IMG/VR virus record: IMGVR_UViG_3300037400_003286
Origin: a virus
Taxonomy: Duplodnaviria > Caudoviricetes
DNA: 64,000 nucleotides
Reading direction: 5' to 3' (one strand)
The notes under the pieces: generated by a model
What the model saw: the letters and a program-made list of their open reading frames with translations, nothing else
The model's database searches: none
Told to the model about the DNA's origin: nothing
In this document: one piece after another, positions 8,421-18,667 of the stretch
Layout of the letters: the number at the start of each line of letters is the position of its first letter
Numbering within the stretch: the first letter of the stretch is position 1
Made by a program: the position numbers and the translations under genes

Positions 8421-10277
8421 TATATTTGTTTTTCCTCTTAATGTTATGTTTATAGGACCGACCAGAGCATTAATGTCATCCTCATAATAGACATCGTTTG
8501 CTGATGTAAATCCTCCTCTGAACAAAGGCTGGATGTCATTTATGTCAAGCATGTTTCCAAGTCTGTCCGTAACGCTTCTCTTTAATACTATATCACCGTA
8601 TTGATCAATTCCATAATTACCCTTACCGAAGTAATTCTGGTTGTTTTTATCAGCGTCAAAAAAAACAGATACAGAGTCAACACCGTCAACACCCTCAACT
8701 ATTCTTATAATATCGGATACTGGCATTCTGTCTCTTCTTACATTTGAAATAAGATAATCAGAAACAGCGGATACAATTGAACTCTTAACAGAATTGAAAT
8801 CATAATTACTCCACATCTGTATGAATATGTTCATTGCAAATTTAACATAGACTGGATCTATAATCTGGTTATCAACAGTTATAATCTTTTGACCAGAATT
8901 GTCAATAAGACTTATGATATTTGATTTCTCATCTTCTGTCAACTTGAATCTATCTTCAGAACACGTAAAATAATTCTCTCCAGAACTCAATCTCTTTGTT
9001 ATGTCTGGTATAAGATACAGATAGATAACATTATCATCAAGCTTAGACTCATCATACTTTATTCTAAGAGCATCAAGCTCAACCTTCATCTGATTCAACT
9101 GATTAAGAATATCCTGTGCATCTTTTGATGAAACACCAGTAAGAGCAACCTGATCAGAATAAAGCTGCTTTGTAGTATTGTATTCTGCTTTCTTTGTTGT
9201 ATATTGTTCCTCTATTTTTATATCCTCCTTTGTGTTGAATCCAGAGAACACATCAACAATAGAGAATAGATTTAACTTGGACAAGAATGTTTTGTAATTG
9301 TCAACATTTGCAAAAACAAAGTTCCTGGAAGCATGAGGTGCTAACTGACGAGTCATCTCTATACTTTCACCGTTTGATCCGAATAGAATATCAGAAGAAG
9401 ATGACAATGTGTATATGCTGTTAAGATCAACATAATCATCGTTTATATCATATCCACCATCGGCGAAAGCCCAATAGTTCTCATCGCCAACGTGTTCAAC
9501 ATTACCATTATCTCCACCACACACAATATATTCGCAAAGAATTGTTGATCCTAATACTGGTATTTTTCCATTATTACCAGTACCGAAGAAAACATCTATT
9601 CCTCCGTTCATACTTGTTCTTACAATACAAGCCTCTTGCTCATATCCCATATCAAGTATAGACTTAACTGTTTCCCATCTCTTTCCGTTAACATAAACGT
9701 TAAGGAAGAAATCATCTATAATAGAATCAGTCTTATTGGCAAAGTTAAATGACTGCAATGCTTCTCCAGTACCAGTACCCTGCTGGTATTTAAGTTCACC
9801 CTGGATAATAGGTATCTCAACCTTAGAATCATAAGCACCAACAGTTATCTGCATTGTATTCTGAGGTAAAATAGCAAGATATGTAAGACCGTTTGATCCG
9901 TTTGTAATCTTTGTATAATTCTTTATGTATATCGTCTGTCCTTCATATTCAGATGACATGTTGTACGTCATATACAATGAACCCCTTGCTGCAACACCGA
10001 GAGAAGGTGAATGACCAGTCAATTCAGCCAAGCCTCTGATCGATCTTGCCTGATACGCCGTTTTGATGTTCATCTCAGTTATTGAATTCTCGACATAGAA
10101 TAGTATCATTCTTCCGAGATTTACAGTAACATTAACGATCTGAGCAAACGGTGAGGCTGATGTGAACTCCCTATCATTTGCAGCATAAACAGTTTTAAGG
10201 TAATTGACAACATCTTCATACATCTGTGTCAATCCTATTCTGTTCGTCTTGAATATTTTAAAATCTAACTTTGCCAT
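8415..10277 (-). CDS. Baseplate wedge subunit (T4 gp6-like)
   Basis: EMNIKTAYQARSIRGLAELTGH, VFFGTGNNGKIP, GSNGESIE and SDIIRIVEGVDGV motifs typical of gp6/baseplate J. Confidence 0.8.
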   Translation of the reverse strand: MAKLDFKIFKTNRIGLTQMYEDVVNYLKTVYAANDREFTSASPFAQIVNVTVNLGRMILFYVENSITEMNIKTAYQARSIRGLAELTGHSPSLGVAARGSLYMTYNMSSEYEGQTIYIKNYTKITNGSNGLTYLAILPQNTMQITVGAYDSKVEIPIIQGELKYQQGTGTGEALQSFNFANKTDSIIDDFFLNVYVNGKRWETVKSILDMGYEQEACIVRTSMNGGIDVFFGTGNNGKIPVLGSTILCEYIVCGGDNGNVEHVGDENYWAFADGGYDINDDYVDLNSIYTLSSSSDILFGSNGESIEMTRQLAPHASRNFVFANVDNYKTFLSKLNLFSIVDVFSGFNTKEDIKIEEQYTTKKAEYNTTKQLYSDQVALTGVSSKDAQDILNQLNQMKVELDALRIKYDESKLDDNVIYLYLIPDITKRLSSGENYFTCSEDRFKLTEDEKSNIISLIDNSGQKIITVDNQIIDPVYVKFAMNIFIQMWSNYDFNSVKSSIVSAVSDYLISNVRRDRMPVSDIIRIVEGVDGVDSVSVFFDADKNNQNYFGKGNYGIDQYGDIVLKRSVTDRLGNMLDINDIQPLFRGGFTSANDVYYEDDINALVGPINITLRGKTNIN

Positions 10278-10291
10278 TTATTGTGTATTTA

Positions 10292-13200
10292 TTAAGCTAT
10301 TTTAAAAGATGTTGGTATCTTAACTTCCATTATACCGCTATCACATGCGCTATTATCTGGAGTGAGTGTAAGCGTACTATTTTTTATTGCATTAACTATT
10401 GCTTCAGCAAGAGCGACAGGATCAAACGCTGTTGTTTGATTATTAACCTGCTGATTAACAGTAGTGTTATTAGGTGTTCCAGGAGTTTGTGGTGTGTACT
10501 TTTGTTGTGGTGTTGGTGTATATTCAGGAGCCTTATATGTTTGAGCATTCTTAATAAGGTTATTAAGAGACTCAATTGCATTCTTACCACCATTAACATC
10601 CTCAACTACAGCCTTTATTCTCTTCTCGAATTCATCAAGTGCTTTATTTCTCTTATCCTCATCCTTAATAAGAATAGTATCAAGATCCTTGAATGCCGTT
10701 TTGAGGTTTTCAACACTCTTTGAGAATGCGTCAACATTTGGCTTACTCTTAGGCATCTTCTTATCAACAACATCGGTCATAAATTTTACAATCGATTTGC
10801 TGTTAGTAAGAATTCTTTCACCTGTAAGATTTGACATGCTTCCAGCAATCTTCAGAACAGATTGTATAACAGCAACCTTTGTGCTCATGGTTTCAACATC
10901 AATTGCTGAAATTGAAGTTATAAGCTGTGAATTTGCATAAACAATAGCATCTGAATTTGATCTTATTAAATCAGCCTTTATCTTTTCACTTGACATTTCT
11001 ACAGCAGACTTAACCATATCATTGATAGGCTTTAGCAACTTATCAAGAGATGTACTCTGGAAGAAATTAATATCTTTCCAGCTATCTGCATCTTTATATA
11101 CAGCGGTTACGAAAGAAGTGATAAGATCAGCAATAACATTACCTGTTCTCTTTACATCAACCTCTGGTCCAGTTTGTATATTACCATCCTTATCAACGTA
11201 AATCTTTCTCAGTGTTCCGTTTGATCCTGGCATTAATCCAGAAACCATATCAACAAACTTACAGATAGGTTCGATGATAACACCAAGAATACCAGCAACT
11301 TCTCTTACAGAATCTGCTCTCTTGTTTGTTTGACCAAACAATCCCTCAAAGAATGTTCTATCACCATAAATCAGTTCAGCCCAATTCTCAGTAACTTCTT
11401 TCTTATAAAGTTCTGAAACGAATGATGTAATAGCACCAGCTATGACAACAGCCACATTTTTGATGTTTACTGGATAACCTATCTTAACTTCACCCTTTTC
11501 ATCTATACTAACGGTGCAAAGAGTATCTGGATCATCACCAGTTGTAAATCCTGTCAACATCTCAACGAATTTAGAGATAGGTTCAGTTATTGTAGAAAGA
11601 ACTTCAAATATCTCTTTAGCATTATACATATTTCGTACTTCCTCGAAACTGTATTGACTGTTTTCAACAAAAGCCTTAACAGTCTGTGCTATAACTGTTG
11701 CGAGATTCTTTATATCAACTGGTTCACCATAACGCACTTCACCAGTTTCCTTGTCTATTGAAAGTATCTGTCGTAATCTTCCAGAATCATCAACTATGCC
11801 TACAATCTGAGCGATCTTAGATATTGATTCAGCCACAGTCAATATGCTTCCAACAAGTTCAGCCAGAAGTGCATATTTAGCCATCATTTTAAGCATTGTG
11901 AATATACCAATGTCTACACTGAAATTATCGGAATTGATATTCTTCAAAATAGCTGGAATACCTACAGTTAGCGTATCTTTAATCTTTTCTGCTCCACCAG
12001 CTTCCTCGATTGCTTTTGATAAATTAACAATCTGATGTACAACACCAATCACAAGAAGAGAGAATCCAGCAACAGCAAGCATTCCTGGAGTACCAAGAGC
12101 AATAGGTATTATAAGTAATGCCATTGCACCAGCAAGCAAACCAAATGTACCAAGCATAGCAGACATTCCGAGAACATCCATCTCAAGCTCTTTCCAGTTA
12201 GTACCAGACTCTGTTATGGCGTTATGTAAATTAACAACAAGATGAGCTATTCCTATAGCACCAACCATCAACAGTTCAACAGGAACAAGAGCGATCGATC
12301 CAAGTAATACTGGCGCAAATATAAGTCCAAATGCAGCAGCCAATAATCCAAATGTACCAACTATTCCAGCAAGACCGAGAACATCAAGCTCAAGATCCAT
12401 CCATCCGATTCCAGCTTCTTCTTTTACATTGTGTAATCCGATAAGAAGATGTGTTACACCTATAGCACCAGCTATAAGCAATTCAACAGGAACAAGCGCA
12501 ACAACACCTAAAAGTATTTCTGGTGCAATGAAACTTGCAGCAGCAGCCAACAGGCCAAATGCTGTTATGATACCCATTACACCAAGTACATCAAGATAAA
12601 GATCACCCCATGTTATATCATTCTGTGTCTTTACATAATCTAATGCTACAACCAATCCTGCTACAGCTATAGCACCAGCAGCCAACAATTCAATCATAGC
12701 TACTGCTGGTATACCGACCGAAATATACTGTTGTAGTTGTCCAGCAACAGCAGCCAAAGCACCAAATGCAACGATTATAGACATAGATAGTCCGATAGCT
12801 GCAAGTATATCAAGTTCGTGTCCTGTTGTATAATCTGCCAATTGTTTTGCAACAAAGACAACAGCCATAGCACCAAGAGCAAGACCCTCAAGAATAGCCA
12901 ACGAAATCATAGCTTGCTGTGACGATTTCAATACCTGAGATGCGGCCCATCCGATACCTATCAATAATCCCATTACTGCAACAACAGAACCAAGACCTAT
13001 TAGTATAGACTTATAATTTTCAGCAGCATAATCGCCCAGGAATTTAGCAGCAACTATAAGGATCATCGATACAAATGTCAATGCAAATATTGCGGCATAT
13101 GATTGGATCACTTCTCTCGACATAGCAGCCTTACCAGCAAGACCTACAAGCCAAAATACGGCTGTCAACAATATCATTGTAGCACCAACAATTGCAATAC

Positions 13201-14077
13201 CTTTCATCAAAGGTTCCCAACCACCAAGAGCTTCAATAGCCATTCCAAGACCAAAACAAGCAGCAACAAGTATAACAGATGCAAGCATCATTGTCATGAT
13301 GTCTTTCATCGCAGAAAATGCGCCAACGCCTTTGATAACTTTACCAGCAAGTCCTGTTAACAGTATAACAGCAGTTGTTGTCAAAAGAACAGCACCCAAT
13401 ACCATCAACCCACCAAGAATAATATCTCTTGTTGGTCCAATCATAAGTATCAATCCGAGTCCCATACAAAGTCCAACAAACAAAGTGGCCTTCACGACAA
13501 CTTTCATAAGAGGATCGATCGCCTTTGTTACGTCATTAAGCTTCTTTATCCTATCAGTAACGTTAGACATTTTTGAGACAGTTGTTAATATAGCATCTAT
13601 TGCTTTTATTACGCCATTTGCCAATTTTAATCCTAACGTTGCTATTGGAGCCTTTACAACAAGTCCAGCAGCACCGTTAAGTGACTTAGCCAATATATCA
13701 AGTGATTCAACAAGTATCTTCGCATTGTTTGCAGCATCCTTGTTATTCTTAGCACATTCAGAAAGCTTATTAACACTTTTAATAACCTGATCAAGAACCT
13801 TAGTAAAACTCTTTATCTTAGATCCAGACAATTTAGAAATACTAAGAATGCTTGGTGAAAGTGTATTAAGCATACTTACAACTTCACCTATGCTAGCTTT
13901 TGATATACTTGGTTTTGCAATATCGGCAGCAGGATTTACATCAGCATTAGTAGTAACATTACCGCGTGACAATTTAGCAGTAGCCGCTTCTCCAGATCCG
14001 TTTTGCGGAGCCATAGATTTAGCTATCTCCTTTACGGTCATATTAATACTTGATAATATGTCGATAGTATTTTGCAC
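10292..14077 (-). CDS. Tape-measure-like protein with hydrophobic repeats
   Basis: 1261 aa, Ala/Gly/Leu-rich helical repeats, located between the tube and baseplate genes. Confidence 0.65.
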   Translation of the reverse strand: MQNTIDILSSINMTVKEIAKSMAPQNGSGEAATAKLSRGNVTTNADVNPAADIAKPSISKASIGEVVSMLNTLSPSILSISKLSGSKIKSFTKVLDQVIKSVNKLSECAKNNKDAANNAKILVESLDILAKSLNGAAGLVVKAPIATLGLKLANGVIKAIDAILTTVSKMSNVTDRIKKLNDVTKAIDPLMKVVVKATLFVGLCMGLGLILMIGPTRDIILGGLMVLGAVLLTTTAVILLTGLAGKVIKGVGAFSAMKDIMTMMLASVILVAACFGLGMAIEALGGWEPLMKGIAIVGATMILLTAVFWLVGLAGKAAMSREVIQSYAAIFALTFVSMILIVAAKFLGDYAAENYKSILIGLGSVVAVMGLLIGIGWAASQVLKSSQQAMISLAILEGLALGAMAVVFVAKQLADYTTGHELDILAAIGLSMSIIVAFGALAAVAGQLQQYISVGIPAVAMIELLAAGAIAVAGLVVALDYVKTQNDITWGDLYLDVLGVMGIITAFGLLAAAASFIAPEILLGVVALVPVELLIAGAIGVTHLLIGLHNVKEEAGIGWMDLELDVLGLAGIVGTFGLLAAAFGLIFAPVLLGSIALVPVELLMVGAIGIAHLVVNLHNAITESGTNWKELEMDVLGMSAMLGTFGLLAGAMALLIIPIALGTPGMLAVAGFSLLVIGVVHQIVNLSKAIEEAGGAEKIKDTLTVGIPAILKNINSDNFSVDIGIFTMLKMMAKYALLAELVGSILTVAESISKIAQIVGIVDDSGRLRQILSIDKETGEVRYGEPVDIKNLATVIAQTVKAFVENSQYSFEEVRNMYNAKEIFEVLSTITEPISKFVEMLTGFTTGDDPDTLCTVSIDEKGEVKIGYPVNIKNVAVVIAGAITSFVSELYKKEVTENWAELIYGDRTFFEGLFGQTNKRADSVREVAGILGVIIEPICKFVDMVSGLMPGSNGTLRKIYVDKDGNIQTGPEVDVKRTGNVIADLITSFVTAVYKDADSWKDINFFQSTSLDKLLKPINDMVKSAVEMSSEKIKADLIRSNSDAIVYANSQLITSISAIDVETMSTKVAVIQSVLKIAGSMSNLTGERILTNSKSIVKFMTDVVDKKMPKSKPNVDAFSKSVENLKTAFKDLDTILIKDEDKRNKALDEFEKRIKAVVEDVNGGKNAIESLNNLIKNAQTYKAPEYTPTPQQKYTPQTPGTPNNTTVNQQVNNQTTAFDPVALAEAIVNAIKNSTLTLTPDNSACDSGIMEVKIPTSFKIA
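11998..12616 (-). repeat. Three tandem 69-aa repeats within the tape-measure-like protein
   Basis: W-x-[DE]-L-x-[LM]-DVLG...FGLLA...[EA]-[ES]-[AS]-G units. Confidence 0.8.
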
Positions 14078-14099
14078 TAGTTTGATCTAAACATTTTAC

Positions 14100-14108
14100 T
14101 ATTTATCT
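14100..14108 (-). promoter_or_regulatory. Late promoter AGATAAATA
   Basis: Recurrent motif upstream of the tape-measure-like gene. Confidence 0.7.
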
Positions 14109-14170
14109 GAAAAATCCTAATATGGCGATTTTTAATCTCCGTGAGATTAAATTTTATACAACGTCTAAAT

Positions 14171-14207
14171 AAAAAACAAAAATGGACCACGATTCGTGAT
14201 CCATTTT
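14171..14207 (-). terminator. Intrinsic terminator after the tail tube gene
   Basis: AAAATGGA-CCACGATTCGTGA-TCCATTTT hairpin with a U-tract on the minus strand. Confidence 0.7.
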
Positions 14208-14249
14208 CATCAAATTAAAATATAATTGTAACTAGTTAAAGTCAGTCTA

Positions 14250-14882
14250 TTACAACATTACTTCATCCCAGTAATCACAACGTAATGTGTATCCAGTAAC
14301 CTTATAAAGTGTATTCTTCTGTGAATAATCAAGCTGTGGAACAGGAAGATTAGTAATTGGGAATACATTATAAAGAGTCCACTGCCAGAAAGGTTGGTTA
14401 GCCTTATCGTGCATTGTTACTGTTACAGTTGGAGCAACATAGTTTACCTTCAATCCTTGTCTACCAGTAAGAGGATCCCAGATAAGATCGTTCCATCTTC
14501 TAAGAATCTTTAAGGTATACATGTCTGGTGAACCAGCAGCAGAACCTCTGACGTTGATCTCAAAGTCGAGCTTCACATCAATGTAAGTCTGGTCAGTACC
14601 AGAGTTAGCGAAGCTTCGATCAGCGAATTTATAGTGCTGAAGTGTTGCACCAGGAACCTTGTTTGTATCCAATCCATCAACCTTCTGAACACCTTCAAGT
14701 AACAGGTTCTTATCATCGTCTGAAACACCGCCTGTGCCTGTCAAGCCCTTTGGAAGCTGGAATTCAACAGTAAACAAGTTAAGATAAACAGGCTCGTACA
14801 TCTCCATAGAGACGCGAGATGTCTTAAAGTGAGGAAGACCCATCAGTCCGACGGAAGTCAATCCAGTGCCATCATTTGCCAT
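14250..14882 (-). CDS. Tail tube protein (gp19-like)
   Basis: Follows the sheath gene; LRRWNDLIWDPLTG, WTLYNVFP and LRCDYW motifs. Confidence 0.85.
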   Translation of the reverse strand: MANDGTGLTSVGLMGLPHFKTSRVSMEMYEPVYLNLFTVEFQLPKGLTGTGGVSDDDKNLLLEGVQKVDGLDTNKVPGATLQHYKFADRSFANSGTDQTYIDVKLDFEINVRGSAAGSPDMYTLKILRRWNDLIWDPLTGRQGLKVNYVAPTVTVTMHDKANQPFWQWTLYNVFPITNLPVPQLDYSQKNTLYKVTGYTLRCDYWDEVML

Positions 14883-14908
14883 ATCTATTAATCTTATTTT
14901 CTTTTATT

Positions 14909-17413
14909 TTAAGCGGTCGTTGAACGGTTGAGTGTGATAGGAACAACGATCTTTTCCATATTTTGTGAAATCCAAACACCGATATCAACGATACAGAACT
15001 TATTGTCGATAACTTCCTTGTCGTTGTTGAGATCGTCGCACTCAATCTCATACTTAACAAGAGCACCAGAGTCTTTCATAGCACTCAGTATTGGATTGAT
15101 ACGAGTAATAATCTCCGCACGGGTTGTAGGTATATTGTATGTGAACACATATTCATCAAGTACAGCCTTACAGCTAATCTGAATTGTGTTGAGAAGTTCT
15201 CTTACATGCAAGAAACTCAAGTCAGAGTTAACAAGCTGGTGTGCTGTTCTGTCACCATAGATAAGGATGTTACCGTTTCTATTGATGATAGGATTGATAC
15301 CGAATGGTTCAAGATAACCTCTGTCTGTATCATCGAAATCATACTCAAGACCAACAATCTGGACATTGTTAATAATACCGTTCATGTTAGCAACAGTCTT
15401 ATAAGGATCACCGCCTGTAAACTTATTCATGAATGTATTAGATACATCTGCTGCTGGAGGAACGAGGATTGTTCTCTGTCCGTCTGCATACTTGAAGAAT
15501 GGAGCGAAGATACCAACATGGTCTGCGCCATTTTCAAAATCAGGAAGAGTAAATGACTTAGTGTCAACAGGATAAACAAGATCCTGATTACCACCCTGAG
15601 GAATGTATGCTACATCAAATGTAGGACGTGGATCGCCCATTGACTTATCCCAGTTATCACCGAAGAATGGAGCATCAGACTGAGCAAACTGAGTCATAGA
15701 AGGCGCATTGATAAGTGCTGTACAGTGCTTCTTGTCGAGAGCAAGGTTAGCAAGATGTACCTTACCAGCGCAATTCTCACCAAGACCATAAGCCATTGTA
15801 TCTACAAGATAACGGAAATCGATAGAGTCATTGTTAAGAAGTCCTCTGCGGATACCCTTATCGTTCAACATAGCATAGATCTTTTCAACACCAGCTTCAG
15901 GATCGATATTACCTTCCTTATCATATCCAGGCATATGTCTGTTGCAAATCTTCAATCCACTAAGAGCAAACAGAGTCAAAGTAGAATACATGCTCTTGTA
16001 TGACTTGTGGATCTCAACATTCATCTGTGCGCTGTCACCAAGAACAACATCAACAGCAGTGAAACGATAAATGATTTCACTTGTCTCATCATTCAGGTTA
16101 GTACGTGTACCACGTTTCTTGATGATACGTGTCATCAATCCGTTCTGAGCACGAACATAGTCGCCGATATTAACATTCAATCCATCAACCTCGCTCAATG
16201 TGAACTGTGTAGAAGAATCGATATTCTCATCATCAACAGTTTCATAAACCTTGATATACTCTGTAGGATTATCAATATTGTAAGACATGATAGTGAAAGG
16301 AACAGAAGCATCAGTTGTCAGCTTATGTCCAACCATATCAGGAATGAAGTTTGCAACAGTATCTCCAGTATCTCCAGCATCCTCATTATAAATGCCATCA
16401 CCTACCTCATCATAGAAGAATGTAGAGCCATCAAGAGCAATAAGGTCAAGTGCCTTTTGATTGATACCGAACATAAGTCCAGTCTCGTTGCACTTCTTAT
16501 TAACAAGATAGTCAATAGACCTCATGTTTCCTTGCTTGTCTGTGAAGTTAGGAAGGATACATCCTGTCCAAGAACCAATCACATTAACAGCATCAAGACG
16601 CAAGAACTTAGCAAGCTTATCCTTGAGAAGACCTTCCTCAGAGAAGTATCCAGACCATACAACATCGCTAGCAAACGAAGCGTACTTAGACTTGTCCCAG
16701 TTACCAGCAATTGCGATAACATCAACAAAGTAGTCAGATACGTAATCATTTGGATTGATCCACTTGTAAGGAATATCATCCTGATTTCCGTAATAATCAA
16801 GGAATGTTACGTTATATCCGTTAACTGATTCTGATTTTCTTACAATAACAGAAATGTCTCTTGTTCCGCAGTTAGAAACACCGAACAAAGCGGCTTTCTC
16901 AATGGTATCAACATCAACAGAGGCATCAACACCATTCAACATTTCCTCAGAACCATTTATAAATGAATTTTCTACGAATGCATCATCATCGGCGATCCAG
17001 AAACGAGTTCTGTCATACATATAAGCATAAGGTGCTTTGGTTGTATGTGATTCGATCTTAGGATCAAGAGATAACAGTGTATATCCAACAGTATCCTTAT
17101 TGCTTTCCTTGTCACTGGTATCAACATTGAGCATGTTCATCACGTACACAGGTGATTTCTGCAACATTGTACGGATGTTTCTATTTGTCCAGCATCCCCT
17201 GCGTTCCATCTTTCTGTCGATTGGACCAAACAGCTTATTACACTCGTCTGAGTTAGCAATATAAACAGGACGGTTGAAAGGTCCCTGCATATTAAAACCA
17301 ACTGCCATACGAAGTGCTGTCTGCACATTGGATGACGAAATTATAGAATTATCAATCTCAATGAAATAAACACCAGAAGCAGGATAGTCTGAAAAATTAA
17401 TTTTTTGTGACAT
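14909..17413 (-). CDS. Tail sheath protein (gp18-like)
   Basis: SGVYFIEIDNS, GPFNRPV, GINPI, IYGDRT and LHVRELL; sheath C-terminal domain. Confidence 0.92.
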   Translation of the reverse strand: MSQKINFSDYPASGVYFIEIDNSIISSSNVQTALRMAVGFNMQGPFNRPVYIANSDECNKLFGPIDRKMERRGCWTNRNIRTMLQKSPVYVMNMLNVDTSDKESNKDTVGYTLLSLDPKIESHTTKAPYAYMYDRTRFWIADDDAFVENSFINGSEEMLNGVDASVDVDTIEKAALFGVSNCGTRDISVIVRKSESVNGYNVTFLDYYGNQDDIPYKWINPNDYVSDYFVDVIAIAGNWDKSKYASFASDVVWSGYFSEEGLLKDKLAKFLRLDAVNVIGSWTGCILPNFTDKQGNMRSIDYLVNKKCNETGLMFGINQKALDLIALDGSTFFYDEVGDGIYNEDAGDTGDTVANFIPDMVGHKLTTDASVPFTIMSYNIDNPTEYIKVYETVDDENIDSSTQFTLSEVDGLNVNIGDYVRAQNGLMTRIIKKRGTRTNLNDETSEIIYRFTAVDVVLGDSAQMNVEIHKSYKSMYSTLTLFALSGLKICNRHMPGYDKEGNIDPEAGVEKIYAMLNDKGIRRGLLNNDSIDFRYLVDTMAYGLGENCAGKVHLANLALDKKHCTALINAPSMTQFAQSDAPFFGDNWDKSMGDPRPTFDVAYIPQGGNQDLVYPVDTKSFTLPDFENGADHVGIFAPFFKYADGQRTILVPPAADVSNTFMNKFTGGDPYKTVANMNGIINNVQIVGLEYDFDDTDRGYLEPFGINPIINRNGNILIYGDRTAHQLVNSDLSFLHVRELLNTIQISCKAVLDEYVFTYNIPTTRAEIITRINPILSAMKDSGALVKYEIECDDLNNDKEVIDNKFCIVDIGVWISQNMEKIVVPITLNRSTTA

Positions 17414-17459
17414 AACTTTTCTAGTTTTATATTTTACTTTAGTTTGAAATTCTTTTCTT

Positions 17460-17468
17460 TATTTATCT
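17460..17468 (-). promoter_or_regulatory. Late promoter AGATAAATA
   Basis: Upstream of the sheath gene. Confidence 0.75.
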
Positions 17469-17525
17469 TTAACAGTTTGCCAGTTTTTTATAAAAAGACG
17501 AAAGATATATTTATTCAAGATCATT

Positions 17526-17554
17526 AAAAAAGGCGATCCTCAACAGAATCGCCT
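17526..17554 (-). terminator. Intrinsic terminator
   Basis: AGGCGAT...ATCGCCT hairpin with a U-tract on the minus strand. Confidence 0.65.
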
Positions 17555-17584
17555 ACATTATTTATTATATTAGTGTACTCTTTA

Positions 17585-18523
17585 TTATTCTTCATCTTCT
17601 GCTCCGAAAATGTCACCGAGGTTATCGAAGTCAAAATCCTCATCACCCTCGCCTTCAGCATTTTCTTCGTCATTTTCTTTATCTTCTGAATCTTCCGACT
17701 CTTCATCGTCACCGACAATTTCTCCACCGATTTCCTCTTCAAGATCTATGCCCTTCTTTGCAAGATAGTCTTTCAATTCCATTACGGCATTTACGTCAAT
17801 ACGAATATCTATATTTTCTGCGTCTTCGTCTGCATCCAGGATTTCAATATCATCTTCTGAAATTCCAGCATCAATAAGCTCATCTTTACACTTATCTTCG
17901 TCACCCTTCTTAACAGAAATAATAACAGCTTTCATTTCTTCATCCTGATCTTCTTCGTCCTTATTCTCTTCGTCCTTGGTGTCATTCTCTGAATCATCTT
18001 CTTTTTCTCCAGCTTCTTTTGCTTCAGAATCTTCATCAGAACCTTCTTCACCATTATCTTTATCTTCGTCCTCATCTTCGGTTACACCCTCTGATTCAAA
18101 CATCTTACGAAGTCTTGCAAATCTTTCAGCTACAGATTCGTTTGTATCTTCTTTCTTATCTTCATTAACACTATCAGAAGTGTCGTTGTTCTCAGTATTG
18201 GACTCACTTGTTCCACATTCAGAAACATTATCATCCTGTGAACTGTTTACGGTAAATACCCATTTACCAACACCATCAACTGTGAACACAACAGTATTGC
18301 CATTCTCATCATAAGCGACATCATCCTCATCGATGTTATCACTATTGGCAACGTTTGTCATAATATTATATGCATCTTCAATAGCATCCTCAAGTGTGCT
18401 ATATGTATCTTCGAAATCTTTTGAATCGGTCAATTTACCGTTAGCATCAAATTCATCAAGAGACAAACTGAACACAGAAACAGACTCGTAGATTTTCTTT
18501 GTCTTATAATTATATCTTTTCAT
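17585..18523 (-). CDS. Highly acidic late protein (prohead core/scaffold-like)
   Basis: Asp/Glu-rich; the late promoter at 18554-18562 abuts the ATG at 18553, so the ATG at 18523 is preferred. Confidence 0.6.
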   Translation of the reverse strand: MKRYNYKTKKIYESVSVFSLSLDEFDANGKLTDSKDFEDTYSTLEDAIEDAYNIMTNVANSDNIDEDDVAYDENGNTVVFTVDGVGKWVFTVNSSQDDNVSECGTSESNTENNDTSDSVNEDKKEDTNESVAERFARLRKMFESEGVTEDEDEDKDNGEEGSDEDSEAKEAGEKEDDSENDTKDEENKDEEDQDEEMKAVIISVKKGDEDKCKDELIDAGISEDDIEILDADEDAENIDIRIDVNAVMELKDYLAKKGIDLEEEIGGEIVGDDEESEDSEDKENDEENAEGEGDEDFDFDNLGDIFGAEDEE

Positions 18524-18553
18524 CTTGTTATAAAATGAATTTACTATTTTCAT

Positions 18554-18562
18554 TATTTATCT
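18554..18562 (-). promoter_or_regulatory. Late promoter AGATAAATA
   Basis: Recurrent motif. Confidence 0.7.
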
Positions 18563-18582
18563 TTATGAAAACCACGCCATTT

Positions 18583-18639
18583 TTATTTTTTCTTCGGTGG
18601 ACAGTTTCCACATCTCTTTTTACATACAATTGGCTTCAT
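18583..18639 (-). CDS. Putative 18-aa micropeptide MKPIVCKKRCGNCPPKKK
   Basis: Fills an intergenic gap just downstream of a GATAAATA late motif at 18662-18669. Confidence 0.45.
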   Translation of the reverse strand: MKPIVCKKRCGNCPPKKK

Positions 18640-18667
18640 TATCAAAAAGATTTGTTTGATCTATTTA

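Noticed and set aside
16007-16828. 273-aa antisense ORF inside the sheath gene, and the many other antisense ORFs in the track
   Set aside because: These are shadows of biased codon usage on the coding strand, with no promoter context or recognisable motifs.
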